DNA of 56,772 bases, counting the filler, from Porpidia crustulata (Eukaryota): the NCBI GenBank assembly GCA_964255105.1. It is 5 parts of 5 records of this genome, joined end to end, with 100 filler letters (N's around TTAATTAATTAA, not from the genome) between each part and the next. Parts side by side here need not be neighbours in the genome. Positions count along the whole stretch, not along the records: positions 11,387 to 22,670 come from CAXUWE010000676.1; positions 22,771 to 34,041 come from CAXUWE010000677.1; 3 more parts are not named here. One strand, given 5' to 3'. Positions 13,511 to 26,729 of the stretch are shown here, in pieces. The notes beneath the pieces are model-generated. The model was not told the DNA's origin, searched no databases, and saw only the letters and a list, made by a program, of their open reading frames with translations. The number at the start of each line of letters is the position of its first letter. Position 1 is the first letter of the stretch. Position numbers and translations under genes: made by a program.

Positions 13511-16500
13511 GCTGGGGGGGGAGCAGCACAAGTCCGATGATAACGTAGTGCGGTGCGGTAGTGGCCCGCGAATCTTCGACGAGCAATCACAATTAGGTGT
13601 AGCAAGCCAACAACCTTGAACGGTTCCGCCCTCGAAGCATAAGCAACGACGATTGGACGAAAGCGTCGATGCGGACTAGACTGTTCGAGTATAGTCTGAC
13701 AGAGGGAGGATGGAGTCCCGATGGAGGCTTTCTCCGCTTTTTTTTGTCTTGGTCCGTGGAGGAGGTGGAAGATATACCAATCGATTTTTGTTAATGTCGG
13801 AAGATGACAGAAACCAACGAGACAAGTGGTTATGTATGAGCAACCGACAATTAGAACAGAGAAGCCCCTTTGGCCTGTTGGAGTGATGGCAGTGGGCCGG
13901 ATAGCTGGATTGAGCCACAGGTTTGAACTGCCTGCTAGCTGTTCGCTAGCCCTCTGCGACCGAACCTTGTAGATTATGCGCGATATCTATGCGCACGCGA
14001 CAAATAGCCGGCCTGTCTCCTAATCCGACATGGGATGTGGAATGGTGGGGAAAATCCTGGCTGCTGCAGATTACTGCCGGAAGGATTGGGTGAAAGACGT
14101 CCAAGGCTAGAAGCGTATGGCGTGTGGTAGTTGCGTCGCCCTCCCCCGCAGCCACGTCGAGGAGTGCTGAAAGATGGTCGAGTGTGGATGCTCGATGTGG
14201 AAAGTAAGAGTCCCCGAACCCGAATATTCGTCTGAATTGATTGTGTGTCAAAAGTGGCCAAACAGTTCGGGAGCTCTGTTGAATCCGGAGTTGGATGATC
14301 GTTGCGAGAATTTCTTAAAAGTTTTTCTGGAAGAAGATAACCACCCAATTCTGCAAAATTATCTGTCGAGGTACCGAAAAAAGACGAAGAGAAATTTGTA
14401 CGAATGTCTGTAATTTCGCGGTGGTAATAAGTTGTGCTAGTTCTAGTGATCCAAGGCCGGTGTGGAAGCGAGGAACGATTGCTAGTCTTGCTCAGATGCT
14501 CTCGAATCTCAACGCAGTATGGAATACAGCTGGAAATTACGTTGACTTGTATGGATGAGCAATGATGATGGACCGGAAGGAACGGTGGAATAACGATGGT
14601 ATGTATGATTAATGTACTTGTAGCTATCCTACAACGTGACGTTGCGCATCTGCATACAACTAGTCTGGTAGGCTTGATTACGACGAGGTTCAAACGCTCA
14701 ATCGTTATGCGGGAAAACCCAGTGGCGGCTCTCCAAGACCCTTCCTGCCCAAGATATCGCATGCCCAAAAGGTCGAAGAGGTTCAAGTCCGTCCCTACGA
14801 GGCCTGCAGCTGACTTCTCATGAACTCGTGCAGATGAAGAACAAGGTGTCTGTATTGGTGGGCAAAATGTTATGGAATTCGAGTGCCCTGAGTCAAAGGG
14901 GAAAAGCCGCTAGGTCCTCCTCCAAAGTTAAAGATTATTGATTGGATGACTGAGGCTGTAGCTAGTATAAAGCGGCTACGAACCCGATTATTCTAGAGTG
15001 GTTGTTTTGATCGAGATGCGAGATGGCCGGTAGATGTCGGATACTGCACGCATAAGTCTCAGTGACCAGCACATCGGAGCCTTTACACTGCCGACGCTTA
15101 AGTACCTTTGACGTCTGTCAAGGCGGACAAACACATCCTCGTCCCCACAAAAAAAGGATCCAACGGTCATGATCTGCATGTGATGGTATCCTCATCGCCC
15201 GAACGACGGAGGTCCGAACTATTGTTTCACGTTCCAAACTCTCCGCTCAAAGCCATGTGTCGGTCGGCAATAGCATCGCAGGATTGTAGGCTGGGCTGTA
15301 GAGCATCTCAGATGCCCGTACTGTGAAAGGAGAACAGGCCTGCCGAGAACATGACATCGGTTGACTCGGCCATGGCCCGCGTGATATTCGCAAAACCGGC
15401 CGATTCCCAGATGCCTGCTGGAATAACAATACCATCTGCTGCAACGACAACAGCCAGCCCACAGTGGCCATCCATGAATGTGTCAGGGATTAGGGGGGAT
15501 TGAGCGATACATGAAGTGTGGGCGTGAAGCACCTGAGCCTTATGCACGAATGCTAAAAGAAGAACAGAGGCTTTGACCAAGTTCGTCGCACAATCGTGCC
15601 GGAATCAGATGTGCTAGTAGTTGTGCCGCTACCCCGTTCAAGTCCATGAAGGTTCAGCCTTTCGGATCATCCGAGTGGATAGGCGAACCATATGCAAACT
15701 GCGAGACCCTTGGGATTCCTGAAGACATGCCAGGTACAGGCTCCTTCTGCAATCGATTGAGTAAGTTCCGGTTTCACGTCGCTCTACGGACACAATCATA
15801 CTCAGCGATTGGTGCTTGTTGATATTTGTTTGGTCCACAGTACGACAGTAATAACGTCAAGTTGCGAAGCAGTATGGTAACACAGGAAGGATGGGGTGTG
15901 GATGCGGTACTCGCGCGGGCTGGACCGCCCCTCGCCGGCATTGTACCAACTGTAATCGGACGTCTTGCGTAACAATGAGGTCAGGTTGTGCAGAATGCGA
16001 TCAGACGATGATACGAGGTGAGTAGTCGTGGTGTATCGCCGCCAAAAGGGAGTTCGATGGCGACGCTCATCTGCTGCAATCTGCGGTGCCTGAGAGATCT
16101 CTCAGCCATGATTAGCTCTCGGACCCATCCAACACAGTTCAACAGTGGCTCTCCCTCCCATTGGTCTTTGAAGAGTCGATGTTGCACATCAACTCTTGCG
16201 ACGTGTGCAAATCGATCTTGCATCTCACAGTAGTCACCCATAGCAAAGAGTTCTTACCCGGATGGATGTCGTGTGGTTGGTTGGAGGGCGAAGCCACTAT
16301 GAAACTACTTACACTCGTACAGCCTTAGCCAGGGGCTCTTAACTCAAATCAGCTGTCTTTGGCGCTGCCTACTTTGTACTAGCTTATGATTAGCTTGTTA
16401 CTAGGCTGCCACTACCATCCCCGCAATCATCAACTAGACGAGCCAATGAGATGTCGAGCGAGTCTGCGTCTCCGCACTCCTGGGCTTGCGCTAAGCCAAT

Positions 16501-19500
16501 ATGGTAGTACTGTGTATCTTTGCCCAAGAGTGCCAATCAGGACCAAAGCACATAGATATCGTTCCGCACAACATTCATGCTCAAAAGATCACTGATTATT
16601 ATAACGACCTAATCGATCAATAGTAAATACTACTACTCTAGATGCTGGTTGGCTTGATTGCAGCTTGCAAAGCCTAGCAACCAATCAACACATCGATATC
16701 CGCTGCGCTTGTCCGCTCATCTTGTTACCATCATCTCTACCAATCACTCAAATGCCCAAAGAATTATTATTGAATGAACAACAGCATATTCCAGGTTTCC
16801 TGTTTGGATCTCTATTCTAGGTGAAACCGCGGAGAAACATCCGCCCCTACAGTGACTGACGTTTCGCATCGTTTTGCGTACGTACAGCCTCCGCTCCTGC
16901 GTTCACCAATAATTACCGGCAATAAGTTGCTGCAACAGTGGTCCCCAGTCAGATGGGGGCGGATTTCCCCAATCTGCACCAGCCAGCACACTGTTGACAA
17001 ATTGTAGCTGGATGCACGCCTTATCGTCCCAGATCATGTGTTGGAACCTAGAACCGGGAAGCTTTCCATCTCAGGTTCAGCGCAGTCATTTACCCATTGC
17101 GGACCGATCGACAACCGTTGGCGCTGAATTGTTCCGCCAAGAGCCCGACATCTCATATTGGCGATAGCCTTAGTTTCCCATGATTTGGCTACCGTTCGGC
17201 CCTCATTTCGTTATTGATGCTGCTCAATAGGTAGTAATCCAGAATATGTGCTACCATTCGACCGTGACGTTCGAACGGTTCTGCTTTAGCCTGACATGAT
17301 TGACGTTCAACCAACTTAGTGCCTAGAAGCCAAATGGTGGGTCGAATCAACGACCGAGCCAAAGATCGAATTCAAAGACAACAGCGCATGAGAGCTGCGG
17401 CCCATTCCCAATTCGACCCGTCTAGCAAGCTAGAAAGAGAGGATGTCTGATTTAACGGGGTTCCAATCTGGGTCTCCATGACACTGGAAAGCGAATCTTG
17501 CAGTATTCCACATCAGCTAGTTTGCAGAATTGCGAAAGTGCGTCTCTTGGAAAATCCAGTCACATTTGAATTTAGCAGATCTCCTAGTCTCCTGCAGCGA
17601 TATCTGACCCTAGAAAGCCAATCACGTCAGGCTTTGAGTTTGCTGCTTAACGGTTCGAATTATCGTGTAGTACCCCGCAAAAAACAGGCACACTTACTGA
17701 TGCATTCTCGAAATCTATAGGGTGAACGCATTCAGAGTTGCCGATAGTTGACAATTCTCTGAACATAAGCGACACGTCAACTCAGTCAAGTCAGATCCTA
17801 AGGTTTCAAGAACTCTAATTCTCACTTTCGTGATCAACAACGACAATGATGGACCGTGCAAGCAAGCAATTGTGCATCCAAAACGACAACTGCTACTATC
17901 ATTGCTGAGCATACTTGCTGGTACGTGCGCAACGCGGCGGCTCCGGGTTCTTGTCTCCGTTTCCTCAGGCGTGCTCAAGGAGGAGCTGATGTAGGCCAAG
18001 GAAGCAACAACGGAGATGCAGTCATGCAATTTGTGCATCCTGCTTGTGATCAAAATTGGGACGTGCTCATCCAGGGCCTTGTTGTTATTATTAATGACGG
18101 CCTACTTGCGTTGAATAGCTGTAGAATCACAATGCTCTTACTCGTGCGGGTTATCTTATATTCTCCGAAGAAGCACTGTCCGTGAACCTACCTACATAAG
18201 CTTTCATCCTCTCAATACCTATCCCTTCGCTTTCAACTCATGGCTTACACGAATCTTACCAATTGTGCACTGCCCTGGGCAGCTGCATTAGAATCGACTT
18301 TATCCGTCGAAATAACACAAATAACAATAAATAGCAGCGTGCTCTAGCTCGAAAGCGCTACTCGCATATCAGCGGCAAGAACGGTTCCTATTTGGCATGA
18401 ACTCCACGTGAGAAGAATGGCCAAGCGTGATGTCATTGCAAAGTATTGAATTCGTTTGTGAAGACGCTGGTGGCGAATGGTGCGAGAATTAGGGGCCCGG
18501 AATCCTGACGAGGCGACTCGAGAATCTGTTTCGCTTGATAGCAAGTGGAGCTTGCCACGAAACAATATATTTCAATCTGGACCGAGGTTCAAAGATCCAG
18601 GACGAGGAACTCCGTGACGCGAGACATTCTCACGAGAACACATGTGGAGACTCGGAAGTTCAATACTCTTCTCCCGACAAAAGCAGATGGATACCACGAT
18701 ATTTCTCTGGCGGCGGACCGAGCCGTAGGAAAACGCCATGGCATGGGGACTACGAGAACACATAATGGATCTCGGATATCGGAGGTCTCTCCGCCGCCGC
18801 AGACGAACGGATCCGACAATTTCGTGGTGGTGGGAAACAGTGACAACGTCGATGTTGTGTGGCGGCTCAGTGGAGTTCCTTCGGATCGACTCAAAGGAAG
18901 TGTTCGGACAAACAAATAACGACAACATTTGTGAAGCTCCGAGATCCAGTGGACTCTCGTATGTTGGTTCAGGTTCGGTCTCCATGCCATCAACTCTATT
19001 CATCAGCAAGTTCGGAAAGGGGTTGGCTCCATGGCGTTGCGTTGGCGTTAGACTGTGAGTTTAATGAAGCAATATTGCAGTCTCGATCACCAAGGCGTGC
19101 AAACCATCAGTGCATCATTGCCGAAAGCCCTTGTCATGGATCAGAGCTCTCGTCATATCATGCCCGAGATGTCTAGACAATCTTTCCTGACTTTGGTTGC
19201 CCGGTTGATGCTATTGTCTTTGTCTCACATCCAAACCTCTCCACGCCGGGTAATCGAAGATTATGCGTCGACCCGTCTCGGTGAGTGATGGCCTGATTAC
19301 TCTTCCATACACCGTTTCCTCTGCATAGCAAAGTCCAATGCCCGGAAGGGAGTCACTAGGTGACACTGAATCAACAGCGATAGAGAGCCAAGTCTTGCCA
19401 ATGTGACCAAAATCGCCACCATGCTACAAGTCTACCGAAGCATCATCACGTACACATTGCTTGCAATGCTTCACCAAGCATCCTCGAGAGCTACAATGGC

Positions 19501-21280
19501 CTTGCCAGTGCATTTCTGTCACTCTGTCCCTCATCTTTCCCCTATCGCAGGCTAGCATCAGCCGAGAAAGACAGTTGACTGATATACTACAGAACGAAGC
19601 CGAAGCCAATGATCGCAGACCTGCAATTCGCCGTGCGGAATCCTGCATCCGGCACGAGACAAAGATGTACCGAAGACATGTTGAAAGAACGAGTGCCAAT
19701 GTCGCGATTCGGAAGCTGCACGCTTTAGTCTTTGAACCTTTTGCATCCTATAAAAGTTCAGGCAAGTCATGTCGAGGCACAATTTGCTTGTGGTACAATG
19801 GGAGCTTCGTTGCACACTTGATTGCATGTGCGACGAGAACAAGGGGTTCACCAGCGCTCATTTGGCCTGCCTGTTTCGGAAGCAGAAGCTTGCACTCTAG
19901 AAAGCCTAGATTTTTCACTCTCTATTTCTTTATCTATCTTCTATCGTTCGAGGTGTCCCAGGAATTTGCCTTGATCACTTCCTATACGACCAAGTGTAAA
20001 CCCTATCTATAAATCAAAAGAATGTCAAGACCTCTCACATCTTTCACTTTCTTTGCCGCCTTGACGAAGAATACGCCATTGCAAAAACCTTGGACATTTT
20101 GCACCGGTCTCATGTCTTGTTCGCGATCGCAGCGATGATTGTAGGCCACTGACTCTTTACCTTCCAAAATCCTCATTGAATGGCGTCACATAGTTATTTG
20201 CCATTGCATCAAACGGTGGCAGATCCATTGCGGGTCTTCAAGACTGAGTGGGCATGGCTTCGAGGACACGAAGAAAACGAAAAAGATACGACGCGAGATT
20301 GTATCTCATGGCCAGCGCCAGCGGCCCATCAACTTTGCAAGACGTTGTCCAGGATGGTCGAGATGCTTTTCAACATTTGTCTTTGCGGTCTGGCTTTGCT
20401 CTTCATTGGGTTCACTATCCTTTGCTCATAAGGCTAATGGGTAGTCCGTCATCTCGGTAGCATACAAAACAGCTTCGATTTCCGCGGCAAGCTTGTAAGT
20501 TGTACTCAATAGTCACATCAGGCTAAGCATCCTGCTACTCTTCGCTCCGATTCTTAAGCTCATTTGGCTAGGGGCCTTTGATATTTCCAATCTTATTCGC
20601 ACTGGTCGCCGGACGCTTGATAAAGGCTGTCGCAGCCGCAGCCTGGCGAATTGAGAAAGGTGTTGGTATCGCAATATCGAACAATCATTAGGTTGTCGGG
20701 CTATTGACTTTACCTTCGTGACCTTTGATCGGCCTTAGGTCCTTTGACCTCTTAGGGGTGCTGCTTGTTCTGCTTTGTATCCGTGATCCCGGGAATCCAG
20801 CGGCGAGGCCCAGACATACTGGACGACTTTTCCTCCGCGAAATAACAAAGTCATTGCAAAAAACCACCTTTCCTGGGGGATTGAGTATGGACGACCTGAG
20901 ACGAGCACGATATCCGAAGAACGTTCAGGTAAGACTGTGCAATGTTGCAATGGACAAAGCTGTAGGGCATACTACCACGGGCGAAGTGGATGCACAGGAG
21001 ACTGGCACCTTAAAGTATGGCAGGCTTTACGACTCAATTGGGAATAAGGAATATTTCCTCATGGCTTAGTATCGAAGGGATTATCATGAATAATCTGGAG
21101 TTGCCTTCGTCAGGGTTTTGGGAAGAGGAGATTTGTTGGGACGGTCTAAACTCGCAGTATATCATTATGATAGCTGTTTTTATGAGACATGTGTAAACAA
21201 GTCTTATAACCTTGATTTATTGAGATTGTAAGCCACAATGAAGCCGTCCAGAGATGGAAAGCCCTTTGATCGAGATCTAG

Positions 21281-21295
21281 GGGTTAGGGTTAGGG
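21281..21295 (+). promoter_or_regulatory. Telobox-like GGGTTAGGGTTAGGG (possible Tbf1-type site) ~110 bp upstream of NCS6
   Basis: Two TTAGGG units followed by CT (AGCCCTAA on the - strand); internal position, too short for a telomere. Confidence 0.4.
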
Positions 21296-21406
21296 CTATA
21301 TTTTGAATTTTAGCATCGATCACCATCTACACTATGCAGGACTCTCACTCTTGAGTTCTGACATACTGTGCGCTAACAGTTCTATGATGCTACGGCTGCT
21401 GTGAAG

Positions 21407-22670
21407 ATGCCTCCCACACTATGCGCGCTCTGCCATACCTCACGCGCCCTCATTGTCCGTCCCAAAAACCACCAAAAGCTCTGCAAATCCTGTTTCATTA
21501 CCCTTTTCGAAACCGAAATCCATAACACAATCACCACAAATACCCTGTTCTCGCCAGGCGAACGGATCGCCATCGGGGCTTCCGGCGGCAAGGATTCCAC
21601 TGTCCTAGCTTCGGTGCTGAAAACACTCAATGAGCGATACGGTTACGGGTTGAATCTCGTGCTGCTGAGTATTGATGAGGGTATCAAAGGATATAGGGAT
21701 GATAGCCTGGAGACGGTGAAGCGGAATGCAAAGCAGTATGATATGCCGCTCGAGATTGTTGGCTACAACGAGCTGTACGGCTGGACCATGGATCAAGTGG
21801 TGGAGCAAGTGGGCAAAAAGGGGAATTGTACCTACTGCGGCGTATTCAGACGGCAGGCGCTCGATCGGGGCGCCGTTCGTCTGGGCATAAAGCATGTGGT
21901 CACAGGGCATAATGCAGACGATATTGCGGAGACGGTGATGATGAACCTACTGCGAGGGGATCTGCCCCGTCTGGCCCGAGCGACAAGTATCGTGACCGAG
22001 AGCGCGGCGAGCGACACGAAAAGGAGCAAGCCGCTGAAATACGCCTACGAGAAGGAAATCGTACTGTACGCCCATCACAAAGGGCTGGATTATTTCAGTA
22101 CCGAGTGTATATACAGCCCCGAGGCTTTCAGGGGAAGCGCCAGGACATTGATCAAAAGCTTGGAAAGAGTAAGGCCGAGTGCGATCCTCGACGTTGTGAG
22201 AAGCGGAGAGGACATGGCACGCTTAGTCCCACCAGAAGTCACCGGCAGAGACCCACGCGCCGGCAAACCCATCAAAGAAGTCCTCATCGTCGAAGGCGAA
22301 GCCGAAGACAACGGCCGCTGCGGCAGCACCAACGGCCGCACCAGCGGCGGCGAAATGGCCGCCATGGAATCCCAGCTACTTACCAACGAGCTCGCCCAGG
22401 AACTCGAAACCGAAATCCAAAACCCCGCCGCGCCGCCCGCTCACGCTCCCAAACGCAATCAACCCCAAACGTCCCGGCAGCAGAAAAAGCTCCCTACCCA
22501 GCAAATGGGCCGGTGCTCCCGGTGCGGCTACCTGTCCAGCCAGGCCGTTTGCAAAGCCTGCGTGCTGCTCGAGGCCTTGAACAAGAGCCGGCCGAAGATG
22601 GAGATCAAGGTAGGGGTTGAGGAGGAGGAGGGCGGGCCGACGCTGACGAGGAGGATTGAGGGGTTGCGGG
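21407..22670 (+). CDS. NCS6: Cytoplasmic tRNA 2-thiolation protein 1; 3'-truncated at the spacer
   Basis: N-terminal CxxC pairs, PP-loop [60 protein letters not shown] and C-terminal [16 protein letters not shown]. Confidence 0.95.
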
Positions 22671-22770
22671 NNNNNNNNNNNNNNNNNNNNNNNNNNNNNN
22701 NNNNNNNNNNNNNNTTAATTAATTAANNNNNNNNNNNNNNNNNNNNNNNNNNNNNNNNNNNNNNNNNNNN
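22671..22770. other. Artificial contig spacer
   Basis: N44-TTAATTAATTAA-N44. Confidence 0.97.
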
Positions 22771-23019
22771 GGACGTTGGCGGATTGGGGGGTAGATGGGG
22801 CGAGGAGGTTGAAGACTTTGAAGGTGGAAGGTGAGTGCTCTTTTTTCTACTTATTTCGTCTTCGGGTAGGAGTTTTGCCGAGATAGAGAGTTAGCCTACG
22901 ATTACAAGAAAATGTTATGCTAATACAAATGCGTAGAACCACCGCCACGGAAAGGGGGAGGAAAAGTAGAGGACGTAGATGGCATGATCGCCAAGCTCAA
23001 AGAGCTGGGAGCTATATAG
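22771..23019 (+). CDS. ETFB: 3' end of electron transfer flavoprotein beta subunit (5'-truncated; intron 22831-22936); missed by the ORF track
   Basis: Spliced reading TLADWGVDGARRLKTLKVE/EPPPRKGGGKVEDVDGMIAKLKELGAI* matches the typical fungal ETF-beta C-terminus; GTGAGT donor, GCTAAT branch point, TAG acceptor. Confidence 0.85.
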
Positions 23020-23179
23020 TTCCTGAAACTATACTAGCCCGAGCTTTTGTACATAAATATACCTTTTCGTTTTTGTACACGCAGACTCTTTCCAACCATG
23101 CGTAGCCCCAAGCCTGACATCCCAGCCCAGAGATTATACAGCAGCCCGAGCGTAGGCGTACGACCAAGCCAAGCACAAT

Positions 23180-24273
23180 CTACAGAGTCCCGCCGGAAGT
23201 ACTCGGCGGCGCCTGCCAGGAGCGAGCCATGTACCCTAAACCAGCACCGTTCATGCTCTGGATGATGCCATGTTTGGCATCCTCGGTCTCCGCGGCCATG
23301 CGTTTTTGCTGGTCGATCAACGGCATCATTGCGGAGACTGCACCGACTAGAGTTTCGATGCTGGCTTTGGGCTTAGGATCGGCTTCACGGTACAGATTCT
23401 GTGCTTGCTTGAGAAGAGCCTCGCACTGCGCGTGCAGAGTGACCACGGCTTGAGCGAAGGTGTCGTGACTTTTGTCGACGACGCTGTACAGGTCCCCTGC
23501 CAGCGTGCAGAGGTTTCCGGTCACACGCTCATAGCCAATGTCGGAAGCGGAGGATTTGCCATGCGGATGATGGTCGTTAGATTGCCGGATGGCGTTTGGC
23601 GGAAATGGGGATTGTTCACGTTGTCCGTTGGAGAATTGGTCGTGCGTGTTTTGGAATTGCCCATCCGAGTGAACATTCTGCGCTCTGATCATGTTGTCGA
23701 AGTTCTCTTTCGGGTTATAAATTGGACCGTGCATAACCGGAGGCATGATCGGACCCATCCCATAATTACCATGCTGGTCACGCCGAGGCCCGTAAAACGC
23801 ATGAGCATTCATTGCGTTTCTACCTGCTACAGCGGGACCTGCCCATTGTCAGCACAAATTGTAGGTCCAAAGCAGGGACTTGACTCACGGCCAGGCTCGA
23901 CCTGTACAGGTGGATCAGCTACCTGACCAGTGTGATAATGAGCGTACAAGCAGTCCTCGTCGCTGTGCTTGCACTTTCCATGCGCATTCCAAAAGTAGCA
24001 AGTGAGGTGTTTTACGGACGGTGGGACCTCAGAAGCGACACCGGGACTTGATAGCACTTCAACGGGGGTGGGAGGTGATCCAACAACGCGCCAGGACTGA
24101 GCTTTTGATGGTGTTACAGGCATTATAGAAGTAAGGGCGTAGCGAGGAGCATGAGATGGCGGTGTTGAGTTTGTGGTTTCAGTCGGCTTGTTCCAAGGTG
24201 AGGGACGTAACTGGGTGGTGGTATTTGAAGTAACCCTCGTTCCACGGACTTGTGGTGGTGTATATGTATCCAT
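23180..24273 (-). CDS. CCCH zinc-finger protein of unknown function; intron 23839-23888
   Basis: KHLTCYFWNAHGKCKHSDEDCLYAH (C-x8-C-x6-C-x3-H); the splice joins VQVEPG to RPAVAGRNAMN in frame with the 210-aa ORF; helical C-terminal part. Two further intron-like segments upstream (~24290-24410) may be 5'UTR introns or extra exons. Confidence 0.75.
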
Positions 24274-25102
24274 GATGATTCGGTGTCTGCAAGTATCAGT
24301 GATAGGTCTATTAATACAGCTGTATATAGGACCTGATCACTCTCATAAGCATGACTTGTGCTGAAAGACAACAGGGTGTTGTTCATGGCCCAGTCAAAAT
24401 GATAAACTTACATCATGGAATATGTATTGCTGACTGGGTGTTGACGGTGAATGTGTTGTGTTGCGAAGCGATGGCTATTAGAAGGTTTCCAACCATTCAA
24501 ATGTGATGCGTCATTTTCATCGGAGTGAATGAGCAAAATTAATATCTCAGAGGGGGTTAATGTTACACAGCCTCGAAAATACTTTGTGAAAAAATATCAC
24601 ACTTTTAGCAAAAGTCGAGTATTAGGGACAACATGGAAGATGCCCACTTCATAGAGTACAGAGCTGGATATTGGCGACGAGAGGTCTCCTACCTGTGCGA
24701 TTCACAGTCTCTTTGCAGTTCAGCAACTCTCAAAAGCATGCGAAGCTGACGTGGTACAAAGTCTCGAGCTCGAATCGGCATGTGTATTTTTCTTTGGCAT
24801 TCATCAAATGTTCCAAGTATTAGTATAACCATTTCATATTAGATGAAAGAGCTGGAGTTTCAAATCAGAACGATCAAAACCAACACTAATGATGTAGCAG
24901 ATCGTTGAAAATAATGGAAACAGCGAAGAGTCGATGAGATGTTGACGATGAAATTAACATAGAGATAGGTCAGCCGTTTTAAAACTATCTACAGTTCTAC
25001 GATCGTGTGAGAATACGATAGTCTGCTCCCATTTCGATCGACATCTCACCGTGCAATTGTTTTGAAAATAGTATAACCGTACAATAGCTAGAAAGCACTC
25101 AC

Positions 25103-26268
25103 TTATTCGGCTACCTTCGAAGCATGACCCTGTACAAGACCCAAAGCCTTCGACTCAATACTCACAGCTTCTGGCGTTTCATCGTCAATGGCTTTACCTT
25201 TCGGTGACCACCCTAGTAAATTTCGGGCGCGTAGGGCCCGACCTCGTGAGTTAGAACCCCATAACAGAGCGCCGTGGGGCCTGAGTTGGTTCACGTCGTC
25301 GGCCGAAATAGCAACGACTTCGTTTGTAGGAATGAAACCCTGCTTGTGAGCAGCGCAGGCTACGGCCTTACATGTATTGCCCCAAATATGCTCTCCATTC
25401 TCGGTGAAGTAATACCCGTCTTTTCCCCAAGTAGCTTTTCCACCATCATCAACTGCAGCCTCTATAAGCTTAAGGTAGCAATCACTCAGGTCATGTACAT
25501 GAACATTATTCCAGCGAGTTTTCCCGTCCCCTACTTGGATACCCACCTTTTTCTCCAGTATAGTCTTAATCAGATCGGGGATCTGAATACTCCTTTTATT
25601 ACCTGGACCTCTTCCGTTTCCATATATGCACGGGGGGCAGACAATAGCAGTCCTCACTGTTGAAGAATTTGTCATACCCAACTCAAGTATTATTTTATCG
25701 ATATTTCGGTGCGGCGCATGGTCTGGCAATGCCGTGACCTCTCTGATACCTTCCCAATCATCAAACACCTTGGAAGAGGCTTGGCCAAAGGTATTTCGGT
25801 CCAAGTCCGCAACAGTCAATAGTCCAGTCCCAGATGTATGTATCAAGTAACCTGGTTTATCTTGCTGGCGAGTAGTGAATCCCGCACCAAGTGCCCTTAC
25901 TGCGCCTTCATGGTCGGCACTGGCAAAATCTGAAGGTAGGGTATTCTCTTTAGTGCTCGAACCCTTGATGACGGCTGTAGAGCCTCACGTAGAACGATGT
26001 CCGCCTTTCTAGCCTCCTCTTCCAATAACTCCGCACTGTCTAAATTTCCATACACAAGCCTGACGCGCGGAAACTGACTAGCCACCTGAGCGCCTTTCTC
26101 GCTGTTACGCACGAGACAAGTAATGTCATAGTCGGGGTGTAGTTGAAGCAAATGAAAGAGAGCATCACCGCCAATGTATCCAGTGGCTCCTGTTCTAGAG
26201 GAGACTCTTAGCTGTTTTTGTATCTCTTCCAGTTACTATGCTTACGTGAAGATCTTTGGCACCATCAT
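25103..26268 (-). CDS. NAD(P)-binding epimerase/dehydratase (extended/atypical SDR, YLL056C-like); 2 introns
   Basis: Spliced N-terminus MMVPKIFTTGATGYIGGD (GxxGxxG), then LIHTSGTG, AIVCPPCIYG, NVHVHDL and LLGWSP. Confidence 0.88.
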
Positions 26269-26729
26269 GAAGCGTATCTAAGCGGCTGTCGTCAAGGTAT
26301 GATGCCTTAGATTGACGTTGTAAAACCAAAGCGCTACCTGATTTGATACTAGTAATATATTTTCTCGGAATATTGAAACGCCGAACTTCAAAGAAAATTG
26401 GGCCTAGTAGCAAGGCGAGCTAAGCCAGTCTTACCACATAAAGTTGCTTTGCCTATTGTACGCCATGAGCTCTTACAACACATCCAGCTTCTCTACAGCT
26501 ACGGATCTATCTTGCACTCCTTCTCTCGCAATGTAGACAACCTCTTACCTTCACCACAAAACACTGCTTTTTGGACACAAGCCATATCAGCGGATACTCA
26601 CATCTGTTTTATCATCAACGTTCTGCCATTTAGCCAGAGGACCTTTCAGCGGATGCACACCTATCTCCAGATGTTGTAGGTGATCAGGGTTGAATCGGTT
26701 AGCTAAGGTGCCCGTGCGGGCCCCAGCTT

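Noticed and set aside
13974..14786. 270-aa minus-strand ORF upstream of the C2H2 gene
   Set aside because: Starts at TTG, no recognisable domain, composition like translated UTR; more likely leader or promoter sequence.
18344..20460. Dense overlapping short ORFs as a hidden gene or transposon remnant
   Set aside because: No transposase, reverse transcriptase or other motif recognised, and no consistent exon chain could be built by eye.
21281..21295. Telomere or G-quadruplex
   Set aside because: Only two TTAGGG units, internal, and only three G-tracts.
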